Positions 31,118-40,190 of a DNA stretch of 64,000 nt are shown here, in pieces. Numbering within the stretch: position 1 is the stretch's first letter; the number at the start of each line of letters is the position of its first letter. The stretch spans positions 307,202-371,201 of the forward strand of contig JAXLQX010000003.1 of assembly GCA_046331405.1 (NCBI GenBank), in the 5' to 3' direction. The notes under the pieces are model-generated. The model saw only the letters and a list, made by a program, of their open reading frames with translations. It did no database searches and had not been told where the DNA came from. The stretch is from Thermoanaerobaculia bacterium (GTDB lineage Bacteria > Acidobacteriota > Thermoanaerobaculia > Multivoradales > SZUA-115). The position numbers and the translations under genes are program-made.

Positions 31118-31797
31118 TCCCGCCGCCCCACCAGCCAGTTGGCCAGGGCCACCAGCCGAACCACCGCGAGGTCCCCCCGAGCTCCCACCAAGGGCGCCGC
31201 CAGGGAGGCCAGCTCATCCGCCCGCTCCGAGGACCAGCTGGGCAGCCTCTGGGCGAACTCCACCACGGCCCGTTGCTCCTCCCGGCCGAGCGCCACGGGG
31301 GGCGGAGCCGGCGCCGCCGCCGGCAGGTTGCGGGGCCCCTGTTCTTCCCGGGTGTAGACCACCACCGTGCCAGCCACCAGGTCGCCGAGCCGGCGGAAGT
31401 CGCGGGTCAGGAACATGGTGATCAGCCCGAAGCCGTAGCCCACCGGCAGGAAATCCGCGAAGCGCAGCAGATTGCGCATCACCGAGGCCGTCCAGGAAAC
31501 CGGCGTGCCATCCACCGAGAGCACCGCGATGCCCATCAAGCGCTTGCCAGGCGTGGCCCCCTTGACCAGCACCTCGAAGAACACCGGGTAGAACCACTCC
31601 CCCAGGAAGAAAAGAATCAGGAGCAAACCCAGCCCGACCTCGCCCAGCGTGGCGAGAGGGATCGCCAGGGCCCAGAGCAGCACGGTGCGGATGGCGACGT
31701 CCGTGCCGTAGGCGAGCAGGCGCACCGGCGGCCCGGCCATGCGCAGGCCCAGCTCCACTCCTTCGGGCGTCTCGACGGTGCGGTAGGTGTCCAGCAT
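31114..31797 (-). CDS. RDD-family membrane protein
   Basis: RDD domain (YGTDVAIRTVLLWALAI...GATPGKRLMGIAV). First gene of the six-gene operon. Confidence 0.7.
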   Translation of the reverse strand: MLDTYRTVETPEGVELGLRMAGPPVRLLAYGTDVAIRTVLLWALAIPLATLGEVGLGLLLILFFLGEWFYPVFFEVLVKGATPGKRLMGIAVLSVDGTPVSWTASVMRNLLRFADFLPVGYGFGLITMFLTRDFRRLGDLVAGTVVVYTREEQGPRNLPAAAPAPPPVALGREEQRAVVEFAQRLPSWSSERADELASLAAPLVGARGDLAVVRLVALANWLVGRRE

Positions 31798-32065
31798 CGG
31801 TGCGCGGCTAGGTTAGCAGGCCGAGGAGAGCGAAGACCGTTTCCTCGAGCCCAGAGACTACAACCTCACTCTCAATACCTACTTGCGAAATCGCTGCAGA
31901 CTAGCCAGTCTCCTGGGGCGTTGTCAAGGCCGCAGAAGGTTCCTAGGCCCATACCCGGCGCGCTACGAAGGATCTCCGCGCGATCGGCATCTACCTGCAT
32001 GTTGGCGCAACTTGGACCCCGACTCGCCGGCCCTCCACCGGCGGGTCGCACTGAAAGGAGCCCTC

Positions 32066-33085
32066 ATGCCCCGCTTCTCCCGCTGGATCCTCTGGCCCCT
32101 GCTGACCCTCGCTCTGCCTCTCGGCGCGGTCCCCGCCAGCGCCGACGAGGCCTGCCAGGAAACCGCTCTCTCGGCTCTGCGAGCCTGCCGAAGCGGCGCC
32201 CAGGACGAGTACCAGATCTCGGTCGGCAAATGCACCAACCTCGAGTTCGATCCGGCGGAGGCTCGATGCCTGAAGGAGGCAGGGAGCGCTCGCACCGAGG
32301 CTCTTGCGCTCTGCAACGAGCAGTACGACTCGCGGCTGGACATCTGTGACCGTCTCGGCGGCGCGCCCTACGACCCCGACGTGAATCCCTCTCTGTTCGA
32401 CACCGACTTCCAGCATCTGACTCGGCCGAACCCGTACTTCCCGCTCGGCATCGGCAACCGCTGGGTGTTCGACGGCGCCGAGCACGTCGAGATCGAGGTT
32501 CTCGACCGCGCCAAGTCGATCGACGGCGTGCGGTGCTTCGTGGTGCGCGATGTGGTGTCGGTCGACGGCGTTACCCACGAGGACACCGAGGACTGGTTCG
32601 CCCAGGCGAAGAACGGCGATGTCTATTACTTCGGGGAAGAGGTCAAGGACTTCGAGATCTTCCCGGAGGACGAGCCTCCTACGGCCGAGCTGGTCTCCAT
32701 CGACGGCTCCTTCAAGGCCGGCCGCGACGGCGACAAGCCGGGCCTCGCCTTCCCCTACGCGCCGCGCCGCGGCCAGTTCTACCGCCAGGAGTTCTCGCTC
32801 GGCAACGCCGAGGATGTGGCCGACGTGCTCACCACCGCCTACGCCTACGGCCGCAACGCCGAGCTCGACCGCCTGGTGCCGCGCGACCTGGCGCAGCTGC
32901 TCTGCTCCCGGGGCGACTGCGTGGTCACCCTGGAGTTCCAGCCCCTGGCGCCGGGTGTGTTCGAGCGCAAGTTCTACGCACGTGGCATCGGCGGTTTCCT
33001 GGTGATCCACCTGGATACCGGCGAGGTGGTGCAGCTCACCGGCTGCAACGTCGATCCGCGCTGCGCCCGGCTGCCCGCGCCCTAG
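32066..33085 (+). CDS. secreted hypothetical protein (Cys-containing N-terminal region)
   Basis: Signal peptide MPRFSRWILWPLLTLALPLGAVPASA. AAAGGAG lies 5 nt upstream of the ATG. Six Cys in the first 100 aa. Confidence 0.55.
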   Translation: MPRFSRWILWPLLTLALPLGAVPASADEACQETALSALRACRSGAQDEYQISVGKCTNLEFDPAEARCLKEAGSARTEALALCNEQYDSRLDICDRLGGAPYDPDVNPSLFDTDFQHLTRPNPYFPLGIGNRWVFDGAEHVEIEVLDRAKSIDGVRCFVVRDVVSVDGVTHEDTEDWFAQAKNGDVYYFGEEVKDFEIFPEDEPPTAELVSIDGSFKAGRDGDKPGLAFPYAPRRGQFYRQEFSLGNAEDVADVLTTAYAYGRNAELDRLVPRDLAQLLCSRGDCVVTLEFQPLAPGVFERKFYARGIGGFLVIHLDTGEVVQLTGCNVDPRCARLPAP

Positions 33086-33103
33086 GCGGAGCGCCGAGCT
33101 CAG

Positions 33104-33667
33104 CTATCCAGCGGATTCGCCGGCGTCTTCCGCCCCGAGCAGCAGCCGGCAGCGCATCGCCACCCGCAGGCGGAAGACGCCTCCCCGCTTGAGCCGGGCG
33201 GCGAGCGGGCGATCGACCTCGTAGACCTCGCCGCCGGCCCGCACCAGGGGGTGTTGGACTCCCAGAAGGCCGGCGCCGATGGCGATTTCGGGGGCCACCT
33301 CGGAGGTGATCAGCTCCACCTCTCCGGCCTCGAGGTCGGCCCTCGCGAGCCGCCAGCGGGCGAGCGCCGGCCGGACGCGGGCGGTCGAGAAGAGGGCCCC
33401 GCCGACGAGCACTAGCGAGACCGGCCAGGGCACGGTGGCGCGATGGGCAGCGGCGACGGCCGCCAGCGCGAGGAAGCCCAGGGCCAGCAGGCCGAGGCCC
33501 GCGGCGCGCAGAGCGAACCTCGTCGCCGCCCGGGTGAGGAATCGGCGATCGCTTTCGAGCAGGGGCTGGCGCTCGGGCTCCACGGCGGGGGGATTATCCG
33601 TGATCCGGCTCGCCGGGAGAACCGGTCTAGCTGAGCGGAGCAGCCAGGTCGGGCGTGGGCCGCTCAC
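33104..33667 (-). CDS. hypothetical membrane protein (possible membrane-anchored bacterial PH-like domain)
   Basis: Two TM helices, then a roughly 90-aa soluble domain. Confidence 0.35.
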   Translation of the reverse strand: MSGPRPTWLLRSARPVLPASRITDNPPAVEPERQPLLESDRRFLTRAATRFALRAAGLGLLALGFLALAAVAAAHRATVPWPVSLVLVGGALFSTARVRPALARWRLARADLEAGEVELITSEVAPEIAIGAGLLGVQHPLVRAGGEVYEVDRPLAARLKRGGVFRLRVAMRCRLLLGAEDAGESAG

Positions 33668-33713
33668 CCCGGAAGAGCGAGCGGCCCAGGCTCAGAGCTC
33701 GGAGGGCAGCGCC

Positions 33714-34538
33714 TCAGGGGCAGGCGCAGGTGCAGCAGGTGTTGATCGGCCCGGAGCAGTGCTGCTTGAGGGTCACAGGATCCTCGTGGCAGGTCTGGGG
33801 CTCGCACTGGCGCTGGCAGGTGGCCGACGGCAGCGGGTCGGTGGTTCCCGGCACCCAGCCCGGGGCGAAGTTCGAGGTGGCCGGCAGCCGGGTCTCGGCG
33901 ACGCCGTCGCGGTCCGCGTCGACCACCACCGAGGCGATCTGCTTGACCTGAGTACCCTGGGCGAAGCTCCAGGGCAGGGCGCTCGCGGGGAAGGTGAAGC
34001 TGCCGACGAGCTCGAGCGGAGCCTTCACCAGACCGCGCACGGGCACGAAGCTCATCTTGGCGTCCACGGCGAGCGGAGCCACGAAGTAGCCGCCGCGCTC
34101 CTCGGTACGGTAGATGTTCATGGTGGTGGCCCGCTGCTCGCCGGCCAGGGTCACCGAGACGGCGAACTCACCGCAGGAAGTCTGGATCGGCGCCACGCTG
34201 GTGAGCGAAAGGGCCCGGAACTTGATCAGCGTCACGGCCTTGCCGCTGCCGTCGAACACGGCGTCGTTCAGCCTCTCGATCACCGTATCGGTGCCGCGCA
34301 GCTTGCCGGGCTCGGAGGTCTGGAGCGGCACGCCCTTCAACATCACTCGCCCGGTGAACGGCGCCGAGCCCTTGCAGAAGAAGCCGGCCGGGATCGGCTG
34401 GTGGGCGAAGTCGTAGAACGTAGTGCCGTTGCCCAGGGTGGTGAACACGTCGATCCCCTTGTAGATCACCGGGTCGGCCGCCAGCACTGGGAGAGCGGAA
34501 AGCAGGAGCAGGATCGCCAAGATGCCGAGCTTCTTCAT
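33714..34538 (-). CDS. secreted protein with extremely Cys-rich C-terminal tail
   Basis: AGGAGG lies 4 nt upstream of ATG 34538. Signal peptide MKKLGILAILLLLSALPVLA. The last 35 aa carry 9 Cys (CQRQCEPQTCHEDPVTLKQHCSGPINTCCTCACP). The 5' 1.3 kb of the 721-aa track ORF is antisense read-through. Confidence 0.6.
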   Translation of the reverse strand: MKKLGILAILLLLSALPVLAADPVIYKGIDVFTTLGNGTTFYDFAHQPIPAGFFCKGSAPFTGRVMLKGVPLQTSEPGKLRGTDTVIERLNDAVFDGSGKAVTLIKFRALSLTSVAPIQTSCGEFAVSVTLAGEQRATTMNIYRTEERGGYFVAPLAVDAKMSFVPVRGLVKAPLELVGSFTFPASALPWSFAQGTQVKQIASVVVDADRDGVAETRLPATSNFAPGWVPGTTDPLPSATCQRQCEPQTCHEDPVTLKQHCSGPINTCCTCACP

Positions 34539-34726
34539 GAGACCTCCTAGTCCGTTGCAGCGGTTGGCGAACACGCGCAGGAGCACCCCAGCGCGTAAAC
34601 GGCGAGAGCCAGGGAACGAACGCTGAAAAATATTCCTTCTAGCCGAATATGACCTAATGCAAATCATAGTGTATGGGTGGAGCTTTTGCAAGCTCCGAGC
34701 GTCGCCGAGCCGCCCGCGGGCCGGAA

Positions 34727-35617
34727 CTAACGCGCTTCGGGCCGGCCGGCGAGAGCGTCGAGCTTGCGGTAGAAGGCGGAGAGGGGCTCGTCCGGGTTGT
34801 GGAAGGCGAGGAACTCGTCCAGCAGCTCGAGCTCGGGGGCGAGGCCGAGGGTCTCGGTCCACTTGAGGAAGGGCACCAAGAGGGGCGAAGCGCTCTCGAG
34901 CTCGAGCAGGAGCAACCGCGCCGTCACTCCGCCGGCCGCAAGGAAGCCGCTCGAGTCGTAGATGGCGAAGATCTCCTCGAGATCGTAGGGCACGGCCCGG
35001 GGCTCGATCGTGAAGCGTTCTCCGTCGCCCTCGAAGATGGCGTACTGGGCGCGCCGATCGCGGTTGAAGGGCAGGCCCACCGAGCCGACGTTCACCACCG
35101 TGCCACCGGGCAGCCGCCGCACCATGGGGCGGTGGGTGTGGGCGCAGACCAGCAACCTCTCCTCCACCTGCTCGAGCTCCCGGGCGAGTTCGTCGTCTCG
35201 GCTCCAGGGGCCGAGGCCTTCGTTCGCCGAGCGCGTGCTGCCGTGCACCAGGCGCAGCCCCGGTGCGCTCCGCGCCGTGAGCGAGAAAGGCAGGGCGTCG
35301 ATCCGGGCCACGTCTTCCGGGGCGAGTTCGGCCGCCATCCAGCGGGCGGCGGACCATTCCCGGCTGGCCATCGAAAGCCAGTCGGCGGGCACGGCACCGC
35401 GCCGGAAGTCGAGCAGATAGTCCTCGTGGTTGCCCTTCACCGAGGGCCAGCCGAGCTCGGCGATGCGCTGCACCACGGCGCTGCCCTGGGGGCCGCGGCC
35501 TACCATGTCGCCGCCCACCAGGACCTCGTCCACGCTCTGGTCGGCGAGGTCCGCCACCACCGCCTCGAGCGCCGGCAGATTGCCGTGGATATCCGCCAGA
35601 ACGGCGATCCGGCTCAT
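34727..35617 (-). CDS. metallophosphoesterase (calcineurin-like)
   Basis: [13 protein letters not shown] and GNHE motifs. Confidence 0.8.
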   Translation of the reverse strand: MSRIAVLADIHGNLPALEAVVADLADQSVDEVLVGGDMVGRGPQGSAVVQRIAELGWPSVKGNHEDYLLDFRRGAVPADWLSMASREWSAARWMAAELAPEDVARIDALPFSLTARSAPGLRLVHGSTRSANEGLGPWSRDDELARELEQVEERLLVCAHTHRPMVRRLPGGTVVNVGSVGLPFNRDRRAQYAIFEGDGERFTIEPRAVPYDLEEIFAIYDSSGFLAAGGVTARLLLLELESASPLLVPFLKWTETLGLAPELELLDEFLAFHNPDEPLSAFYRKLDALAGRPEAR

Positions 35618-37686
35618 CGCGGCTCTTCTTCCGGCACGTTCGACTCGAGCTCCGCCAGCCAGGCCGAGGCGTCGGCGTCCGAGGGCGCCCGCCAGTCCCC
35701 ACGCGGCGAGAGCGAGCCGCCGGAACCCACCTTCGGACCGTCCGGCAGGGCCGAGCGCTTGAACTGGCTGGTGGCGATGAAGCGCTCGACGAAGACTCGC
35801 AGCCAGCGCTTGATGGTGGTGAGATCGTAGGCGCGGCGCTCGCCCTCCGGCAGATCAGGGGGCCAGCTTCCGGCCTCACGATCTTTCCAGGCCGACCAGG
35901 CGAGGAAGGCCACCTTGGAGGGCCGGAAGCCGAAGCGGGAGAGGTAGTAGAGGTGGAAGTCCTGGAGCTCGTAAGGGCCGATCTCGTCCTCGGTGCGCTG
36001 GGCCGGCTCGCCGCCCACGGTGCCCGGCACCAGCTCGGGAGAGACCGGAGTGGCGAGAATCGAGCTCAGCACCTCGGCGGTCGCTGCATCCACCCGGCCG
36101 CTCTCGACCTGCCAGCGGATCAAGTGGCGGATGAGAGTCTTGGGAACCGAGGCGTTCACCCCGTAGTGGGACATGTGATCGCCCACACCATAGGTGCACC
36201 AGCCGAGCGCCAGCTCCGAGAGGTCGCCGGTGCCCACCACCAGAGCGCGGTGGAGGTTCGCCAGGCGGAAAAGGTGCGAGGTGCGCTCCCCCGCTTGGAC
36301 GTTCTCGTAGGCGGCGTCGTACTGCGCCGCGCCTTGGGCGGCCGGGTGGCCGATGTCGGCCAGCATCTGGCGCGCCGAAGGACGGATGTCGATCTCAGCC
36401 GCCGAGACGCCCAGGGCCTTCATCAACCTCCAGGCGTCGCGGTAGGTGCGCTCGCTGGTGGCGAAACCGGGGAGGGTATAGGCCAGCACGTGGCTGCGCG
36501 GCAGGCCCATGCGATCGAGGGTCTGGACGGCGACCAGCAAGGCCTGGGTGGAATCGAGCCCCCCCGAGACGCCGATCACCACTCGCTCGAGGCCCACCGC
36601 TTCGAGCCGGCGCCTCAGGCCCTGGACCTGGATCTCGTAGACCTCGAGGCAGCGCTCGTCGCGCCGGGCGGGGTCCGCCGGCACATAGGGAAACCGCTCG
36701 AGGTGCCGCCGCAGGGGGCCGGGTGCTCGCGGCGGCTCGAAGTCGAGCTCGACGCGGCGGAACTCCTCAATCAACGGCTTCACGGTGCGGCCGTTCTCCC
36801 AGAACGAGTTCATGCGCAGGCGCTCGGCCGCTAGACGCTCGAGGTCGATGTCCGCCACGGCCAGCTGATCGTGGTCGGCGAAGCGCTCGGTCTCCGCCAG
36901 CAGAGTGCCGTTTTCGTGGATCAAGGCGTGGCCGTCCCAGGCGAGGTCGGTGGTGGACTCGCCGTAGCCCGCAGCGGCGTAGAGGTAGGCCGCCACCGTT
37001 CTCCCGGACTGCGCGCTGCACAGCAGGCGGCGATAGTCCGCCTTGGCCACGGTGACGTTCGAGGCCGAGAGGTTGGCGAGCACGGTGGCGCCGGCGAGCG
37101 CCGCCAGGCTGCTCGGCGGCACGGGCACCCAGAAGTCCTCGCAGATCTCGACATGGAGCACGAAGGCGGGCCGGGAAGAAGCGGTGAACAGCAGGCGAGG
37201 GCCGAAGGGCACCTCACGGCCGTGGAAGCGCACGGACGAGAAGCTCGCTCCCTCGGCCGGCGTGAAGTGGCGGGCTTCGTAGAACTCCCGATAGTTCGGC
37301 AGATAGCTCTTGGGCACCAGACCCACGAGGCGCCCCCGGTAGACCACCGCCCCGCAGTTGAAGAGCCGCCCCTCAAACAGGAGCGGCGCCCCCGCGAGGA
37401 GCACCGAAGGCAGATCCGCCGAGGCCGCGATCAAGTCCTCGAGAGCTGCTTCGACCGCTCCTTCGAGCGCTCCCTGGTGCACCAGATCGCCGATCGCGTA
37501 GCCCGAAAGGCCGAGCTCGGGAAAAAGCACCACCGCCGCCCCCTCGGCTCCGGCCCGGCGCGCCAGCTCCAGAGTGCGTTGCAGATTGGCCTGCGGATTC
37601 GCCACGGCCACCCGCGGCACGGCCACCGCCAAGCGCAGGAAGCCCTGGGTGTCGATCGAGCAAAAATCCCGCGTCGCCTCGTTCAC
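35614..37686 (-). CDS. nadE: glutamine-dependent NAD(+) synthetase
   Basis: N-terminal CN-hydrolase (nitrilase) domain plus C-terminal NAD synthase domain with PP-loop [10 protein letters not shown]. About 690 aa, as in long-form NadE. Confidence 0.85.
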   Translation of the reverse strand: MNEATRDFCSIDTQGFLRLAVAVPRVAVANPQANLQRTLELARRAGAEGAAVVLFPELGLSGYAIGDLVHQGALEGAVEAALEDLIAASADLPSVLLAGAPLLFEGRLFNCGAVVYRGRLVGLVPKSYLPNYREFYEARHFTPAEGASFSSVRFHGREVPFGPRLLFTASSRPAFVLHVEICEDFWVPVPPSSLAALAGATVLANLSASNVTVAKADYRRLLCSAQSGRTVAAYLYAAAGYGESTTDLAWDGHALIHENGTLLAETERFADHDQLAVADIDLERLAAERLRMNSFWENGRTVKPLIEEFRRVELDFEPPRAPGPLRRHLERFPYVPADPARRDERCLEVYEIQVQGLRRRLEAVGLERVVIGVSGGLDSTQALLVAVQTLDRMGLPRSHVLAYTLPGFATSERTYRDAWRLMKALGVSAAEIDIRPSARQMLADIGHPAAQGAAQYDAAYENVQAGERTSHLFRLANLHRALVVGTGDLSELALGWCTYGVGDHMSHYGVNASVPKTLIRHLIRWQVESGRVDAATAEVLSSILATPVSPELVPGTVGGEPAQRTEDEIGPYELQDFHLYYLSRFGFRPSKVAFLAWSAWKDREAGSWPPDLPEGERRAYDLTTIKRWLRVFVERFIATSQFKRSALPDGPKVGSGGSLSPRGDWRAPSDADASAWLAELESNVPEEEPR

Positions 37687-37753
37687 GAGCCCATTCTAGT
37701 GCGCAATCTACCCGCCCCGGCGCGGTTACAATCTGGGTCCCAAGGAGGGAAAC

Positions 37754-38992
37754 ATGCGTCTCTATGCCTTTCAGGGCCTGCGCTACAACCGACCTGCCGA
37801 CGAGATCGACCCCCTGATCGCGCCACCGTACGACCAGATCGACGACACGCTTCGCGACCAGCTCCAGCGCCGTTCCCCCTACCAATTCGCCTGGCTGATC
37901 AAACCTCTGCCGGGAGCGAGCGGCGACCCCTACCAGGAGGCCGCCCGCCTGCATCGCCAGTGGTTGGCCCAGGGCACCCTGGTGCAGGACGCTGAGCCGA
38001 GCCTCTACCCCTACGTGATCGAGCTGGCCGACGGCGGCCATCGCCTGGGCCTCGCCTGCCTCGCCGGCGTCGAGGATCCCGCGGCCGGCATCATCCGCCC
38101 CCACGAAGCCACGCTCGACAAGCCTCTGGCCGACCGCGTGGCCCTGCTCGAGGCCACTCGAGTGGATCTCGAGCCGGCTTTCTTCCTCTCCGAGGACGGC
38201 GGTCAGCTCGACCACCTGCTGCTCGAAGATGTGACGGGGCAGCCGCCCGTGGCCACCCATCTCGACCCCGAAGGCAACCGCCATCTGCTCTACCGGGTGA
38301 GCGATGGGGCCCGCATCCGCCGCTACCAGGACCTGCTCGGCCCGCTTTCGGTGGCGATCGCCGACGGCCACCACCGCTACAAGACCGGCCTCACCTTCGC
38401 GCGCAAGACCGGCGCTCCAGCCGGCACCGCAGCCGCCGCCAAGCTCACCGTGGTGACCAGCATCGCCTCTCCGGGCCTCGCCATCGACCCGATCCACCGC
38501 GCCCTTTCGCGCGAGCTCGACCTCTCCCCCGCCGCTCATCTCGCCCTTTCTCGCACTACCGTGGACGCCGCGAGCGGCCCCGAAGTGGCGGCCGCCGTGG
38601 CCGCGGCCGAGCAGCCGGCCATCGCCTTCTGGCCCGCCGGGGGCAAGGCCGAGATCTGGCGGCTCGACCCCTCTCTGGGCCCTCCCGAGCTCGCTCCGGG
38701 GGCGCGGAGCCTGGCCGTGGCCTTGCTCCATTCGGCCGTACTGCCGGCGCTCGGTTTCGCCCCGGCCGCGGCTACCGACGGCACGGTGATCTACCGCTCG
38801 AGCCCGGAGAAGCTCGCCGCCGAGCTCGCAGCCGGCAGCCTGAAGCTGGGCATCCTGCTGCCGCCCATGAAGCCGGACGCTTTCAGCGCGGCGATCGCCC
38901 ACGGCGACATGTTGCCGCCGAAGTCGACACGCTTCCTGCCCAAGGTTTTCTCCGGCCTGGTCTGGGCCTCGCACGATTCGAAGCTCGCTTGA
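37754..38992 (+). CDS. DUF1015 family protein
   Basis: MRLYAFQGLRYN...PPYD N-terminus and overall 410-aa architecture typical of DUF1015. Confidence 0.6.
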   Translation: MRLYAFQGLRYNRPADEIDPLIAPPYDQIDDTLRDQLQRRSPYQFAWLIKPLPGASGDPYQEAARLHRQWLAQGTLVQDAEPSLYPYVIELADGGHRLGLACLAGVEDPAAGIIRPHEATLDKPLADRVALLEATRVDLEPAFFLSEDGGQLDHLLLEDVTGQPPVATHLDPEGNRHLLYRVSDGARIRRYQDLLGPLSVAIADGHHRYKTGLTFARKTGAPAGTAAAAKLTVVTSIASPGLAIDPIHRALSRELDLSPAAHLALSRTTVDAASGPEVAAAVAAAEQPAIAFWPAGGKAEIWRLDPSLGPPELAPGARSLAVALLHSAVLPALGFAPAAATDGTVIYRSSPEKLAAELAAGSLKLGILLPPMKPDAFSAAIAHGDMLPPKSTRFLPKVFSGLVWASHDSKLA

Positions 38993-39432
38993 GGCGGCAG
39001 CGGGGCTCGATGGTGCGAGACCGCCTCGGCAGCATCGAGCCGAGCTTCGACCCGGAGCTCGAGATCTCGCCCTTCGCGCTCTACCGCGAGCTCCAGGAGG
39101 GCCGGCCCCTGTGGCTGGTGGATCTCGAGCCGCGCCGGGGCCGCTTCACGCTCCAGGGCGCCGAGCCCTGGCGGCCGGGCCTCGCCCCTCGGCCCGGCTC
39201 GACGGTGTTCTTCGGCCAGGCCGCGAGCGGCTGTCGCGAACGGGTTCGGCGCCTGCGCGAGCGAGGCTGGGAGGGTGCCCGTGCCCTCTACGGCGGGCTG
39301 GCGCTCTACCGGCTGGCGATCGACGCCCAAGTGGTCGGCGAGCCGACCTTCCTCATTCCGCGCCGTACGGCGCCGGAGTCTCCGCCACCCAGGAGATCGC
39401 CCCCGCCCAGAGCTCGAAACCGGCCGCGCTGA
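38989..39432 (+). CDS. rhodanese-like domain protein
   Basis: LWLVDLEP...TVFFGQAASGCRER pattern. Start is TTG 38989 overlapping the DUF1015 stop, or ATG 39010. The 3' end overlaps the convergent PIN gene by about 80 nt, so the true stop is uncertain. Confidence 0.4.
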   Translation: MRRQRGSMVRDRLGSIEPSFDPELEISPFALYRELQEGRPLWLVDLEPRRGRFTLQGAEPWRPGLAPRPGSTVFFGQAASGCRERVRRLRERGWEGARALYGGLALYRLAIDAQVVGEPTFLIPRRTAPESPPPRRSPPPRARNRPR

Positions 39433-39802
39433 AGTGGCGGTCGAAGCTGAAGGCCTTCTTCAGCCGATGGCGGCGCATCAGGGCGAAGGAGAGACAGTCC
39501 GTGAAGCTGACCTGCTGATCTGCCAGCTTCTCGAACCAGACCAGGGCGGCCTGCTCGTCCTCGGCGTCGGCGTGGAGGATCTGCAGCCGGCTCGAGGCCA
39601 GCAGAGTCCGCCCTTTGGCGGCGGCGAAGGCGTAGCTCGCCCGCCGGCCCAAGAGCGTGAGGGTCTCGCTCAGAACCAGGTTGGTGGTGAGCATCGGCCA
39701 TCGGTTCCGCTCCAGATCCCGCCAGGAATCGACGGCCAGTTGGTGGTACTGGTCCCGTGGCAGGTAGCGGGCGATCAACGGGCCGGTATCGACGAAGATC
39801 AA
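39353..39802 (-). CDS. vapC: PIN-domain ribonuclease toxin (VapC-like)
   Basis: MIFVDTGPLIA N-terminus with conserved acidic residues (D5, E46, D99-like positions), about 149 aa. Confidence 0.75.
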   Translation of the reverse strand: MIFVDTGPLIARYLPRDQYHQLAVDSWRDLERNRWPMLTTNLVLSETLTLLGRRASYAFAAAKGRTLLASSRLQILHADAEDEQAALVWFEKLADQQVSFTDCLSFALMRRHRLKKAFSFDRHFSAAGFELWAGAISWVAETPAPYGAE

Positions 39803-39876
39803 GGCTGGTCACCTCGGACCGTCTGCGCTCCGAACCCGGGCGAGGGGGCGCGGGCAGCGGCTCTCTCGCCCGGCGT

Positions 39877-40110
39877 CTAGCGCCCGTAGAGGTAGTCGTC
39901 GTGGCGCAGGGCGAGGTCCGCCGGGGTCTCGCCTTCGAAGACTTCCGCGTCCGCGAAAAGCGGATCCCGCTGGCTCGAGCGCGCGGCAGCCGCGACTTCT
40001 TGTTCGAGGCTCCGGCGGATCAGCTCGGAGAGGGAGATCCCCAGCTGTTCAGCGCGGCTGGAAGCCTCCCGTTTGAGCTTGGGCGGCAGCATGATGGTGG
40101 TGCGATCCAT
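39877..40110 (-). CDS. vapB: ribbon-helix-helix (CopG/VapB-like) antitoxin
   Basis: MDRTTIMLPPKLKREASSRAEQLGISLSELIRRSL is a classic RHH N-terminus. The track ORF starts at 40143, but the shorter start places the palindromic operator upstream. Confidence 0.6.
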   Translation of the reverse strand: MDRTTIMLPPKLKREASSRAEQLGISLSELIRRSLEQEVAAAARSSQRDPLFADAEVFEGETPADLALRHDDYLYGR

Positions 40111-40115
40111 GGCGT

Positions 40116-40147
40116 CCATATGGCGCCACCAGTATGGCGCCATATGG
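40116..40147. promoter_or_regulatory. perfect 13-bp inverted repeat operator (CCATATGGCGCCA-N6-TGGCGCCATATGG)
   Basis: Read directly from the sequence. Lies immediately 5' of the RHH antitoxin start, typical of TA autoregulation. Confidence 0.6.
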
Positions 40148-40190
40148 ACTAGGCGTCAAGTCCTGTTCGTCCTCGCCTGCCGAGCCCTGC

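Noticed and set aside
34539-35879. 5' portion of the 721-aa minus-strand ORF 33714..35879
   Set aside because: It is antisense to the metallophosphoesterase gene and crosses an AT-rich intergenic islet. The real gene starts at ATG 34538, where there is an RBS and a signal peptide.
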